Source: Nitrososphaeria archaeon (GTDB taxonomy: Archaea > Thermoproteota > Nitrososphaeria > JACIWG01). From it: a DNA stretch of 64,000 nt. The stretch is from NCBI GenBank assembly GCA_963760525.1, contig CAVXDT010000005.1, forward strand, positions 23,628-87,627. The letters are read 5' to 3'. Positions 30,328-40,288 of the stretch are shown here, piece by piece. How positions within the stretch are numbered: position 1 is the stretch's first letter; each line of letters starts with the position of its first letter. A program made the position numbers and the translations under genes. The notes under the pieces were generated by a model, which worked only from the letters and a program-made list of their open reading frames with translations, made no database searches and was not told where the DNA came from.

Positions 30328-31080
30328 CTAGATGGCAAGAAGCAAGTCTGTGAAGTACATGAGAAGTATGCCAATTACCATGCCTGTAAAAGCGCTCTTG
30401 GGTGAAAACGTTGTCCCCTTTACAATTTCCACTATGACATAGAGCAAGGCTCCTGCAGCTGTCGAAAAGAAGAATGCGCTTATCAGATCTGAGTACAGTA
30501 TGGATCCAACTACACTCCCAAGAATAGTAGGAGCACCTGCAAGGAAACCCATAAGCAACAGCTCTTTTGTTCTAATTTTTGTCTCTGAAATAGGCCCAGA
30601 AATGGCCATACCTTCCGTCCCATTGTGTATGATGAATCCTATGACTAGAACAGTGGTTAGACCCAGTTGTCCACCAGCATAGGCAGCACCGATAGCCAAC
30701 CCTTCACCTAGATTATGAAGCCCTATTGCAACCGATATTACATAAGCTGTGAAGAATCTGGCAGAAACATCTTTGTCCATAGCAAAGGTGTCCGTATCAT
30801 CCTTCCGTCTTCTCAAGGAGGCAGCAAGGGGAACGCCGAGCCCTACAATTAAACCAACTGCGAACAAGATTGGGCTATACATGGTATGCTTCGAAATTTT
30901 TACAGCTTCCGCTGTAACATCAACAAAAAGAAACAGAAGTATGCCGAGAGAGAAGCTGATGAGGAGATCGCGCTTAGGCCTAGAAAGTCGTCTGAAGAAG
31001 GGAACCGGAAGGAGTCCAAGATATACAGGTATGACACCCGCGACGAAACCTAACATTAGAGCGTAAACTATGTCAACCAT
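30328..31080 (-). CDS. ZIP family metal transporter (ZupT-like)
   Basis: GLHNLGEGLAIGAAY and FIIHNGTEGMAI motifs. 7-8 TM helices. Confidence 0.85.
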   Translation of the reverse strand: MVDIVYALMLGFVAGVIPVYLGLLPVPFFRRLSRPKRDLLISFSLGILLFLFVDVTAEAVKISKHTMYSPILFAVGLIVGLGVPLAASLRRRKDDTDTFAMDKDVSARFFTAYVISVAIGLHNLGEGLAIGAAYAGGQLGLTTVLVIGFIIHNGTEGMAISGPISETKIRTKELLLMGFLAGAPTILGSVVGSILYSDLISAFFFSTAAGALLYVIVEIVKGTTFSPKSAFTGMVIGILLMYFTDLLLAI

Positions 31081-31182
31081 CAAATGTGATTATTTTTGTT
31101 GTCTGTTTAAAAGATTTCTCTTTTCAGGTTCATTTCAAGAAGATTGAACTTATTTTCCGTAACTTCTTCCTTTTCCGTTTCA

Positions 31183-31668
31183 TTATCTCTCAAGCTTGAG
31201 CACCACTGAGGTTTCTACCTGTCTATCTGGGATCCTCCAGTATTTTCTTAAGAGTCTGTCTTTTTCCATATTTGACACTAACTCGAAACCATTCACTTCG
31301 TAGAAGTGTATTGCCCACTGCGCGTCCTTCCATGTTCCAACTAAGATCTCAGGAGTTTCAGCTATGTTGATCAGATACTTCAATAACTTTCTTCCAATGC
31401 CTCGTCTCTGATATCGTTTAAGCACGTAGGAGTGTCTTATCAGCGTAACATCCGAGATGGGCTGAATGCCCATGACGCCGATCAGCTTATTGTTCTCAAC
31501 CCAGCCATAGAATCTGACTCCCGAATCAATTTCCTCCTTCAATTCTTCGCTTGGCATGTAGGGTTCTTTCCACCTATCTCCCGGTATTACTCCTCTGTAC
31601 GCCTGTGCAGCGTCGTTCACAACCGTTAGAATAGAATTGAAGTCGGATGACGATAGTTCACGGATCAT
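31183..31668 (-). CDS. GNAT family N-acetyltransferase
   Basis: 161 aa with an acetyl-CoA motif RYQRRGIGRKLL. Confidence 0.85.
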   Translation of the reverse strand: MIRELSSSDFNSILTVVNDAAQAYRGVIPGDRWKEPYMPSEELKEEIDSGVRFYGWVENNKLIGVMGIQPISDVTLIRHSYVLKRYQRRGIGRKLLKYLINIAETPEILVGTWKDAQWAIHFYEVNGFELVSNMEKDRLLRKYWRIPDRQVETSVVLKLER

Positions 31669-31805
31669 TTTCAGTAAGCAGTCACCAATTACTATAAAAA
31701 CCTATATTTTCAATTAATGATCGTCTCCTGATATCGTCTACTTTCTATGTTCCGAAAACTTTCTCAGATAATCATCTTCGGTCTCGATTTTGAGTGGGCA
31801 TTTGC

Positions 31806-32963
31806 TTAGATCTTATAGTATTTTGCGTACAAGGCTATGCCTATCACCAAGATGGCTAAGCAGGATATAGATGTAATAGCCAAGTCCAATAGTATGGTTG
31901 GGCTGATGATGGCTGCTCCTCTCAGGAATAGCGAGGTTAGTGCATCAGTAACGTAGTAGCTGGGTACGAATCTGCCTGCCACTTGGGCGCCGGAGGAGAG
32001 GGATGCGCCGACGAAGGTACCCAAGAACAATTGAGGGAGCACAAAGAGGAAACTTAGACCTGTTGCTGCGCCTGAGGATTTTGCTATAGTGGCTGTGATT
32101 AAGCCAAAGCCGACGTTAGAAAGCGAGAATAGAAGCACCAGTATGAAAGCGAACACATAAACAGGTATTCCAACTGCGGTCTGAAACCCAAAGCGTACAT
32201 CATGACGAAAACTAAGGCTGCTTGGATTAGCGCGATGCCCATGTAGGAGATGACTTGACTTGTCATAAATTCGGTCGGCGTGGTGGGTGTGATGCGGATA
32301 CGTTTCATCATGCCATTCTCGCGGTCTTGGGTGAATGATTGGGCGACCATCATGATGAGAAATATGGATGCGAAAGTAAACATGCCTGGAGCAATGAAGT
32401 CGAGTGCGGACGGGAGCCTTCACCTCAATCAGAGAAGCAATCTCTAAGTGGAATGGGATTGCGGGTGCTTGCTGGTTTTGACCAGCGATGGCTGTCAGAG
32501 CTCTGCTGGATAATAGGCGGAATGGCTTGGGTGGCTACAATTGAGCCCTTGTCCAGGTAAAGACAACTGTAGCGTTCGTCCACGTGCTCGGCTCGTTAGG
32601 TGCTGTCTGGTACGAAGCGAAGCTCTGGCTAAAATCGGTTGGAACTATCATGACTGCTTGAATACTGCCTTGGGACAGGTCGTTTTGAGCTGTCTGGTTG
32701 TCAGAGTACATTTGGAGATTCAATATTTTCGTGTCGGACAATGCAGTAAGGAGTATCTGCGATGCGTTTACCGAGTTTCCTTGATCCATGTTAACTACAC
32801 CGACATTGTAGATGGGTTGTCCACCTCCGACCCCACTGAAGGCAGAGCCGAAAGCGAAGACGAAAACTATGGGGAAAAGAAAGATCATGAAAAGCACCGC
32901 AGGTTCACGAACAGTTTTCTTCATTTCTTTTTTCGTTAAAGCTATGACCCGTTGAAGTTTCAT
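31806..32963 (-). pseudogene. ABC-2 type permease, at least 2 frameshifts
   Basis: There are three overlapping partial ORFs. They contain MKLQRVIALTKKEMKKTVREPAVLFMIFLFPIVF, FTQDRENGMMKRIRITPTTPTEFM and a C-terminal TM block ending IALYAKYYKI. Confidence 0.7.
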
Positions 32964-33710
32964 CTATATCTCCTCCCTTATCCTTCTCCCAGTGAGTTTA
33001 ATGAAGATCTCTTCCAAGTTCGTTACTCGTCCCTTTGAAATCAAATCTTTGGGCGAACCAAGTGCTATCAGCTTTCCATGGTCGATTATGCCGACGCGGT
33101 CGCAAAGTGCCTCAGCTTCTTCCATGTAATGTGTGGTCAGAACGATGGTTTTGCCTTCTTTCTTAAGTTCTCTTATGAAGTCCCAAACAGCATGGCGCGA
33201 CTGCGGGTCCATGCGCTACTGTCGGCTCATCTAAGAATGCGATTTGCGGGTCGTGGATAAGCGCAAGGATAAGGCTTAGTCTGCGCTTCATGCCGCCGCT
33301 GTATTTCTCAGCCTTTCTCTTAGCAGTCTTGTGTAAGCCCCATTTTTTCCAGAAGCATAGCACGTCGCTTTTTGAGCGTTTCTTTGTCCATGCTTTGTAG
33401 ATTTCCGAAGAGTTCTACGTTCTCAGCACCAGTCAGATAAGGGTAGACTGCGGTCTCTTGAGGGCATACACCTATCATATCCTTAACCTTCCGCCTTCTT
33501 TTTGAACGTCGTAATCACCAACCTTTGCGGTGCCCTTGTTGGCTTTGTCAAGCCGCAGAGAATGTTTATGGTAGTGGTTTTACCTGCACCATTTGGACCC
33601 AACAATCCGAAAAGCTCACCTTTTGCAACCTGTAAGCTGACGCCATCCACTGCAGTAACATCCTCGAATTTCTTGACGAGGTTTTCTATTACGACGGCTG
33701 ATTCAATCAT
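32964..33710 (-). pseudogene. ABC transporter ATP-binding protein, at least 2 frameshifts
   Basis: Walker [11 protein letters not shown] (ORF 33483-33722), signature YSGGMKRRLSL plus Walker B AFLDEPT (33163-33363), and the C-terminus LTTHYMEEAEALCDRVGIIDHGK (32964-33212) lie in different frames. Confidence 0.8.
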
Positions 33711-33860
33711 GTTTGCACACATATTCTATTCCCCCCGAATAAACACTATTATTCTAGGAATATAGGTCCATGTCAATGTGTTCATTAAAGAAAACGCCTA
33801 AAGAAGGCTCCAAAAAGTTACTTTTCCACTATTCTAGGTTAAGGAAAGGTACATACACAG

Positions 33861-34756
33861 CTATTTCTCGACCAGTCGATTAATCCAAGTTTTGAAGATA
33901 TACCCTGTATAAAGAATGTTAGCTGAAACAGACTGAACCGTTGCTTCTTGCTCGAAGCCCTCGCGTATGCTCTTCAGTTCCTTCATAGTGTTGGTCCATA
34001 CAAAGGCGAGAAAAGAGTTCGGAATGTTGCTGAAGCCCCAGTAGAAGATCATGTTGGGCCAGAACTTGTTTAAGATTTCTCCAATCGCGTTTTTGTCGGT
34101 TCCGGATTTTAAGTGAAAGTGGAATATGGTCATTATATCGTTTGAAACATCCGGATACCATTCTATTGACAGTTCCACCAGCCCAAGTTTCATCATTCGT
34201 AAAAGACGACGGCGCACGGTTTTAGCTGAAACACCTAACTCTTCAGCGACATCTGATGTAGCCTTACGCGAGTTGTCTTCTAGAGAGCGGATAATCTGAT
34301 AGTCCAGGTCGTAGAGCGTTGCATTAGTTGTGCTGTAAGCATTGATGGGAGAGGCGAAAGACGTTATGCCCACGGTCGGTTCAATTATACCTGCTGTCCC
34401 TTTGACGTAGTCCACTAGGGACCCCAGTTCAGTAATGTTTTTGAGGTAAGCGCCCACGTATAGGAAGTTACCGCCACCGATGGCGAGCCAGTATATTGAG
34501 CCATGCTTCTAAATTCCATATTTAGATCGTGGAGTGGAGCGACACCAGACACTCCGAAGATCAAGACAGGAACTGCATTTAATGCGCCAGCGTTTACCCT
34601 AGCGAAGAACCTCCGGATTACGCCCATTTCGACTAGAGACCGAATGCGTGCGTGAACGGCAGTCGTGGAAAGGTTTAACTTATCTGCTAGTTCGCGATAG
34701 GAAAGCCTAGAATTCAACAATAAAAGTTGGCAGAGAATCACGTCTGTCTTGTCCAT
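33861..34756 (-). CDS. tandem Lrp/AsnC-type HTH regulator, frameshift near 34470
   Basis: There are two HTH_AsnC-like modules. They are DVILCQLLLLNSRLSYRELADKLNLSTTAVHARIRSLVEMGVI and LDYQIIRSLEDNSRKATSDVAEELGVSAKTVRRRLLRMMKLGLV. The two ORFs join through LAIGGGNFLYVGAYLKNI in the alternative frame. Confidence 0.7.
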
Positions 34757-34848
34757 GCACACCTGCTTACTTCCATATCTAAAACATACTTAAAAGATTT
34801 TGACTTTTTAAGGTATGGTTACATCAAAGAGGTCAATTACATCTTTAC

Positions 34849-35381
34849 TTGCGACTTTATCTGCTAAGCTGGGTTCGAAGGGGAGGTGCTATAGTGGCCT
34901 TATCTGAATTCTCTATTGGCTATTTCTCGTGGTTACCTCTTCCAGTTACGATCCGGGGACTGAGTGCAGAGCAAGTTGAAATTGTCTTGCACAAGCAATC
35001 CCGTTATGACAATATTAACCGATGCCCTGCTCTCTATTGGGGAAACTCCTACCACAACTATTTCACTGCATGGATCCAGGCTACCAAGTAGTTGCCATAT
35101 CAAACGATGTCAGATATACCGTAATATTGTCCGCCTACTATGGGAATGGGGTGATAATGATCACAGGTCAAGACGCGGACTATCACGCCTACTATGAATC
35201 CCAACTAGGTGCCTATATACTTCTAAACAACATGTTAAGCTATGGCTGCTCTTATAGGTCTAAGAGTCCAGTAGGAGGCGAACTAGTATCGGGCAGCTTA
35301 CCTATTTCAATGGCGCCATATGTCATGCTCGTCGGAGCTGCTGGAACAGCGATTATCCTGCGCAAGAAAAGAAAGCTATGA
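34849..35381 (+). pseudogene. secreted protein of the VGGEL-tail family, frameshifted
   Basis: The protein-like reading is spread over three overlapping frames. It ends KSPVGGELVSGSLPISMAPYVMLVGAAGTAIILRKKRKL, with VGGEL at 35280-35294. Confidence 0.5.
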
Positions 35382-35540
35382 GAAGGAATAGAAGATAATA
35401 TCTTCCTCTCACCAACTTTTTTTATTTAATTACAGTGTGCGCCCTTAAATCCCCCTATCTATTTTTTTCTATGGCTCTTTTTGACGAAACATCGCCTAAA
35501 ACAATGAATCTGGTTTCTTATGCAAATATAATGCACCTAA

Positions 35541-35580
35541 AACAAAGAAAAAACGGGATGAGAAGATGTTTCCCGAACCC
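35541..35580 (-). terminator. hairpin plus T-tract downstream of cdvB
   Basis: Minus strand reads CGGGA-13 nt-TCCCG followed by TTTTTTCTTTGTTTT, about 35 nt after the cdvB stop. Confidence 0.35.
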
Positions 35581-35613
35581 TTTTGTTCGAGCAAGCTGTC
35601 TTCTCTTTTGAAT

Positions 35614-36258
35614 CTAGGTGAAGGTTTGGTTTGCTTCTTCTGACGGCACTCCTGTAGGAAGCTCTGGAAACTTTTCTTTCATTCTCTGTTCTGCTACTGC
35701 CGATGCTTCTGCGACTATTCTTTCAGCGTCTTCGTTTGCTGCCTCAAAGTTAAGTGTTGCACCACTTACGGTTCCAGCGTCCATCAGAATGCCGCTGAGC
35801 AGTCCGCTGATCTCATTAATCTCTCTTTCAGCTTCAGGCATTGCGCCTGCTATTCCATTCTTCACACTTCTCAACACGGACATTGCTGGAGCCAACGCTA
35901 CTACAACGTCTCCAAGCTCTGTTACAGTATTTAGTCTTAGCGCAATCTGTTCTAGGGCGAGCTTTGACGAAGTAACAGTCTTATTCATTTTTCTTATTTC
36001 TGCAAGCTCGTTCGCGTAGACGCTAGCATGCTGTGTATCATGCTTCTGAATGGCGGTGACGACCTTGTTGAATATTGCGGCATCCTTCTCCTTCTGCCTT
36101 GTGGAAATATTCTCCATCTTCGCAGTCTGAGCCTGTATCGCACGAACAGCATCCTCAAGCCTAGGCTTCAGTGGGCTAGGAGTCCTAATAGCCTCCCTAA
36201 ACCTATCACCCACGGAAGGCTTCTTTTCTTTAATCCACTTTTCTTCAAACTTGGACAT
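35614..36258 (-). CDS. cdvB: ESCRT-III/Snf7 family protein (CdvB-like)
   Basis: 214 aa. There is an N-terminal basic segment (PLKPRLEDAVRAIQAQ). The helical core includes HDTQHASVYANELAEIRKMNK, ALEQIALRLNTVTELGD and MPEAEREINEISGLL, and it ends in an acidic tail. It resembles thaumarchaeal CdvB as I remember it. Confidence 0.8.
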   Translation of the reverse strand: MSKFEEKWIKEKKPSVGDRFREAIRTPSPLKPRLEDAVRAIQAQTAKMENISTRQKEKDAAIFNKVVTAIQKHDTQHASVYANELAEIRKMNKTVTSSKLALEQIALRLNTVTELGDVVVALAPAMSVLRSVKNGIAGAMPEAEREINEISGLLSGILMDAGTVSGATLNFEAANEDAERIVAEASAVAEQRMKEKFPELPTGVPSEEANQTFT

Positions 36259-36880
36259 TCTTACCCCTCAACCTTAGGCGACATGATCAACTATTACTCT
36301 CCTATGTCACCCATAACATTGTAACCAAGGTGACAGGTATGACGGTGACAAAGATCGCCGTAGCAACGAAAATATATCCTTAGAAGAGTTCGGCCATTAT
36401 TCTATTTTTAAGTTAAATTAGTAAAATAAATTAGAGGAAGACTAAAATTATAACGTTGCAAAGTGATTGTCGTGAAAAGAAGTCTTGTATGATAATAGCC
36501 CAAAGCATACTGCCGAACACATCTGTCCAGGAGGAATGATAAAGCCTTACAAGGAATTCACTGCAAAACTAGAAAAGAATCTGAAAGAATCCAAGTGAAG
36601 GTTGTAGGAGGATACATAGTCGCACCAAGAGGTCACACATGAGTACTTCATTATCGAAGCGGATACCGGCGAACGTTGATAATGCCGTTGAGCGCTGAGG
36701 CTAGTTGGAAGACGAAGATCGTTCCTGTTAGAAGTTCCTAAAGGGTATTGTTCGGACAACGCAGATGCGGAATCCTGTTGTGAGCCTATGAAAATACTAA
36801 AAGAACAAGAGGAACAAAACAATCATATAGGCTTTAATCCCTCCTTTTTTTATTGTTACTTCTGGTGATTAGTTTCATGA

Positions 36881-36934
36881 TTCGTTCCGGCTGCTGCCAT
36901 ATTCTACTTGGAAAAGAGAAAAAGCAGAAAGTAA
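36881..36934 (+). pseudogene. orphan remnant of the VGGEL-family membrane anchor
   Basis: Encodes FVPAAAIFYLEKRKSRK-stop, preceded by in-frame stops. About 80-85 % nt identity by eye to 50745-50796. Confidence 0.6.
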
Positions 36935-36945
36935 GAGGAAGTATT

Positions 36946-36997
36946 AGACAGCAAATCCTTCTTTTTTATCTGTCACCGACAATTTGAAAAAATAAAA
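36946..36997. repeat. intergenic element of about 52 nt, copy A
   Basis: agacagcaaatccttcttttttatctgtcaccgacaatttgaaaaaataaaa. Differs from 41576-41628 at 3 positions plus 1 indel. Confidence 0.85.
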
Positions 36998-37078
36998 TAC
37001 TGGAAACTAGCTAACTTCTGCATTATGCTGGGTTTTTGTCTATCGCCAGCGGAAGTCCACTGTTAGAGAGGTTGGTAA

Positions 37079-37124
37079 GAAAGGTTTATATGTACTACGC
37101 GAGAAAAGTACTACTTGAAGGCAG
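37079..37124 (+). promoter_or_regulatory. vapB-1 promoter with candidate operator repeats
   Basis: AAAGGTTTATAT BRE/TATA at 37080-37091. GTACTAC occurs at 37092 and 37108. The 11-mer GTACTACTTGA is shared with the second vapB locus. Confidence 0.5.
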
Positions 37125-37355
37125 ATGGAATCAGAAGTCGTAGTAACAAGGAAAGGTCAGACAACAATACCGGCCAAGCTTCGGTCTAAGTACAAAATCG
37201 TGGAAGGCACAAGGCTCGAGTTTATTGACACAAAAGAAGGGATACTCATCAAACCGAAGAAGTCAACTATCGACCTCGCTGGTTCGGGTTCTTCACATGC
37301 GACTCCTGAGGAAATGAAGTGTCTTTTGGACAAGCTCAGGGATGAAGATGTCTAG
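37125..37355 (+). CDS. vapB: AbrB/SpoVT-type antitoxin (VapB-like)
   Basis: 76 aa. The motif VVVTRKGQTTIPAKLRSKYKIVEG matches a swapped-hairpin AbrB motif. Confidence 0.85.
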   Translation: MESEVVVTRKGQTTIPAKLRSKYKIVEGTRLEFIDTKEGILIKPKKSTIDLAGSGSSHATPEEMKCLLDKLRDEDV

Positions 37356-37443
37356 GGTCGTCTACGATACACGGTTCTTTTTTGAACATTACTACTCAAA
37401 AGACCACATTATTTCACAGAACGTACGCAACGAAATTGATTGA
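37348..37443 (+). pseudogene. vapC: truncated PIN-domain toxin remnant (31 codons)
   Basis: MSRVVYDTRFFFEHYYSKDHIISQNVRNEID-stop. It overlaps the vapB stop and is homologous to the N-terminus of 53583 (MRAVIDTRFFIAHF). About 100 C-terminal residues are missing. Confidence 0.55.
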
Positions 37444-37500
37444 TAACTCTAGTCAACCCAAGAACGATAGAAAAAAAGAATATGGGGGTTCTAGAGTTTT

Positions 37501-38400
37501 AGCTTTTTCCTGGCAACTAGTATGGACGTGCTACTGCTGCGAGCACGGTGATTGAAGTGAGGAACGTGGAGGAGAGAACGGATCCGATGTCAAACGCAGA
37601 ATTGCTTACAAGCTCACCACCGACCGGAGGCTGCCTTCCAACACAGACGAATGTAATCTCGTTCTCCATCATGTCCACAGCCTTCGAATCATGCACCTCA
37701 TCGAGAAGGAAAGTGTTGAGCAAAGTTCTGCCATAATTGGCAACCACTATGAATGCCTGTCCGTCCGCAGGCGACGACGTGATACCACCTAAAGCTGTGC
37801 CGCCATCGATCACCTTCTCAGTTATCGCATCAACACCGTATACTTTAGGTGTAACTTGAGAAAGCGGATTAGGTATGCTATTTGGTATGCGAAATATAGG
37901 ATGAGCCCAATTCCACTGATACAGAGATGTAAGACTTGTTACTTCAACAGCAGAGCTCTGATCGACACCGAGGGTAGCCCAAAGAGGATGAGGAATTACA
38001 TCTACCAGCCACGAGCACATGATTAGCTTGCCACCACCCACCACGTAAGCATTGAGCGCATCATATGTCTCAATATCCGGAGACCGAAATTGGTCGTCGA
38101 AGATCACGCAGCAGGGATTCATCGTTTCCAAAGCAGTTTTGAAGCCTGCGAAATTGGCATTATAATATGCTACGTAAGCCTAAGCCTAAGCCTCTGCAGA
38201 GCCTGGTCGACTATGGTGTTCGGAGCTGTGAAAACAACTCCGTCAGCGTAGACGAGTATACATGGATCGCTGCCAACGCGCTGTGAACTTACCTGTGAAG
38301 CCTCCTCAACTGGATTTAGAGAATTAATTTCTTGCGATGCCATATGATGGATCAGGAAAATGATTGCCACTATTATGTAAACTAAGAATATTTTCTTCAC
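37501..38400 (-). pseudogene. secreted protein of the VGGEL-tail family, frameshifted
   Basis: Signal peptide MKKIFLVYIIVAIIFLIHHMA. There is a break after a (GGCTTA)x3 repeat near 38170. The C-terminus is RQPPVGGELVSNSAFDIGSVLSSTFLTSITVLAAVA. A basic tail ARKKLKL is reachable only through another -1 shift. Confidence 0.6.
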
Positions 38401-38787
38401 AGCAATATTTCAACCCTTCACCGCTTAAAACTTTTCCTGTCAGTTTTCCAAGTTTTATTTATAAAATTAACAAATTTTCTGAAATTATCAAATATTTTAC
38501 CTCTTAAGAGAAAAACCGTGTTTTCCCAAGATCCATTCCTGATAATAGTTTCCATTTCGATATATTATCTCCAGATACCAGATTCATAAATACGCTTCCT
38601 AATTGCTTTCTTAAACAAATAAAGTATCTAGTAAGATGCGTAAAGTTCAAAATTGTTTAGTCCTGTTAAACTCCAATTAATACAATTCCATGCTTATGCA
38701 TAAATCACAGTAGTGTAAAAAGCGGATTTCGAGAAACTTAATGAGAAGCTGGTAACAATTATTAAAGATGGGGTATATCTCTCGAAC

Positions 38788-39309
38788 GTGCAAGAATTTT
38801 CATTCAGAATCCGCTGTGCCAAAGCTGTGGATGCTGCTCAAATAGCCTCAATTTACAACCAATGTATTGATGAGCGAGTAGCAACCTTCGACACAGAACA
38901 TGTAACCGAGGAAGAAAGGCGGAATCGTATTGAGCAAGGCGGTGAAAAGCATCCAGTGATCGTCGCTGCTCTGAATGATTCAAGTAGGATTGTGGGATGG
39001 GCTTCGATCTCCCCATATAGTCCACGCAAGTGTTATTCTGGAATTGGTGAAGTCTCAATATACGTGGAAAAGAAATACCGTGGTAAAGGCGTCGGGAGAT
39101 CTTTGCTCCAATCCTTGATAGAGACGGGGAGACAGCAGGAGTACTGGAAGTTGATGGGTAGGATCTTCGTTTTCAATCAGGTCAGCAGGAATCTTTGCAA
39201 GAAACTTGGGTTTAGGGAGATAGGATTCCATGAGAAGCATGGTAAGCTCGATGGGGAGTGGATTGATGTCGTCGAAGTTGAAAGACTGATCCCTGAAAAT
39301 ATCACTTGA
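38788..39309 (+). CDS. GNAT acetyltransferase, phosphinothricin/methionine-sulfoximine acetyltransferase-like
   Basis: IRCAKAVDAAQIASIYNQCIDERVATFDTE, GWASISPYSPRKCYSGIGEVSIYV, RGKGVGRSLL. GTG start. Confidence 0.8.
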   Translation: MQEFSFRIRCAKAVDAAQIASIYNQCIDERVATFDTEHVTEEERRNRIEQGGEKHPVIVAALNDSSRIVGWASISPYSPRKCYSGIGEVSIYVEKKYRGKGVGRSLLQSLIETGRQQEYWKLMGRIFVFNQVSRNLCKKLGFREIGFHEKHGKLDGEWIDVVEVERLIPENIT

Positions 39310-39541
39310 ATACTGCAACCCCTCCAATGTGGTATGTTTTCAAATCTTGATACTTTGATCGTTTGTTACATTAAAGAGATCAGTTACATCTTTAATTACA
39401 ACTTCATCTGCTAAATGTTCGAGTTCGTTCCAAGGTTTATCATAGTACTCTGGCAATAGCGTTGTTTTCAATGACATCTTCAGCCTTCGCGACCCACTAA
39501 AAAAAGTTAAAAAAAGTCCGTCTCCTTCTTCAACACAAATT

Positions 39542-39739
39542 TCACATTTGGAACATCGCCTTTATCCCATCTAATACACAAAGGTAAGGTTTTCTCTTTA
39601 TTGTTTTCACAACACACTTCGAGACATCGCCTAAGACATGTTTAGCATGTAAGCAAGCTTTTAACCCTAACATTAGCGATGGCCCATAGTGTCCATGTAA
39701 AGTTACAGCTTTTTCAACGAGTTCTTTTTCAGAATCCAT
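39542..39739 (-). CDS. FmdE-domain protein, N-terminal part (possibly frameshifted)
   Basis: The HGHYGPSLMLGLKA motif resembles the FmdE HGHxCPG...G motif. A protein-like frame continues downstream (CEICVEEGDG...) after A/T runs. Confidence 0.5.
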   Translation of the reverse strand: MDSEKELVEKAVTLHGHYGPSLMLGLKACLHAKHVLGDVSKCVVKTIKRKPYLCVLDGIKAMFQM

Positions 39740-40256
39740 TGTTCCTTCTGACCCCGGTTCTTTCCAATGCTGCCAGTATTGGATAGGATAGTATTAGGCT
39801 GATGGCGCCACCAACCGCATGCAAAGGTCCCCAGATCAAGAATGCCCATTGAATAGTCCCACTCATAAATAGTAATCCTATGATTACGCCTGCTACATAA
39901 GCGGAAAGGATTGTTGAAAAAGAGACTGCCAAGATATTCTTTGTCTGAAATTTAATATCGTGTTTTACGGTATACAATAGCAGATCAAATAAAAACGAAG
40001 ATATTGTGAATCCAATAACCAGGGTCATACCTGGTCCTAGAAAGAGAACGACAAGAGTACTGATAATTCCAACGCTTGTCGCACCTCCAAATCTTCTCAA
40101 AACCCAAACAGAAAGAAGTAAGCAAAAGAAGACTAATATGTCATGGCCAAATGGTAGTTGGGTTATTGAAAATATGATAGGAGCAACAAATACTTGCAGA
40201 ACCCCAGAAAACGCACTCAACATACTTACAATTGCGATATATTTTGATTTCACCAT
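39729..40256 (-). CDS. small polytopic membrane protein (ECF-S-like)
   Basis: The start is placed at MVKSKYIAIVSML. 5-6 TM helices. It overlaps the downstream FmdE-like gene start. Confidence 0.55.
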   Translation of the reverse strand: MVKSKYIAIVSMLSAFSGVLQVFVAPIIFSITQLPFGHDILVFFCLLLSVWVLRRFGGATSVGIISTLVVLFLGPGMTLVIGFTISSFLFDLLLYTVKHDIKFQTKNILAVSFSTILSAYVAGVIIGLLFMSGTIQWAFLIWGPLHAVGGAISLILSYPILAALERTGVRRNNGF

Positions 40257-40288
40257 TATGTGATTCACTAGTCGTCTTTGCAAATAAT

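Noticed and set aside
38165-38195. GCT-TAG-GCT-TAG reading in one frame of the (GGCTTA)x3 repeat as possible pyrrolysine/amber decoding
   Set aside because: The neighbouring frame reads through as RLRLRL and joins the upstream ORF. A single frameshift after the hexamer repeat explains the break. No pyl genes or other in-frame TAGs were seen.
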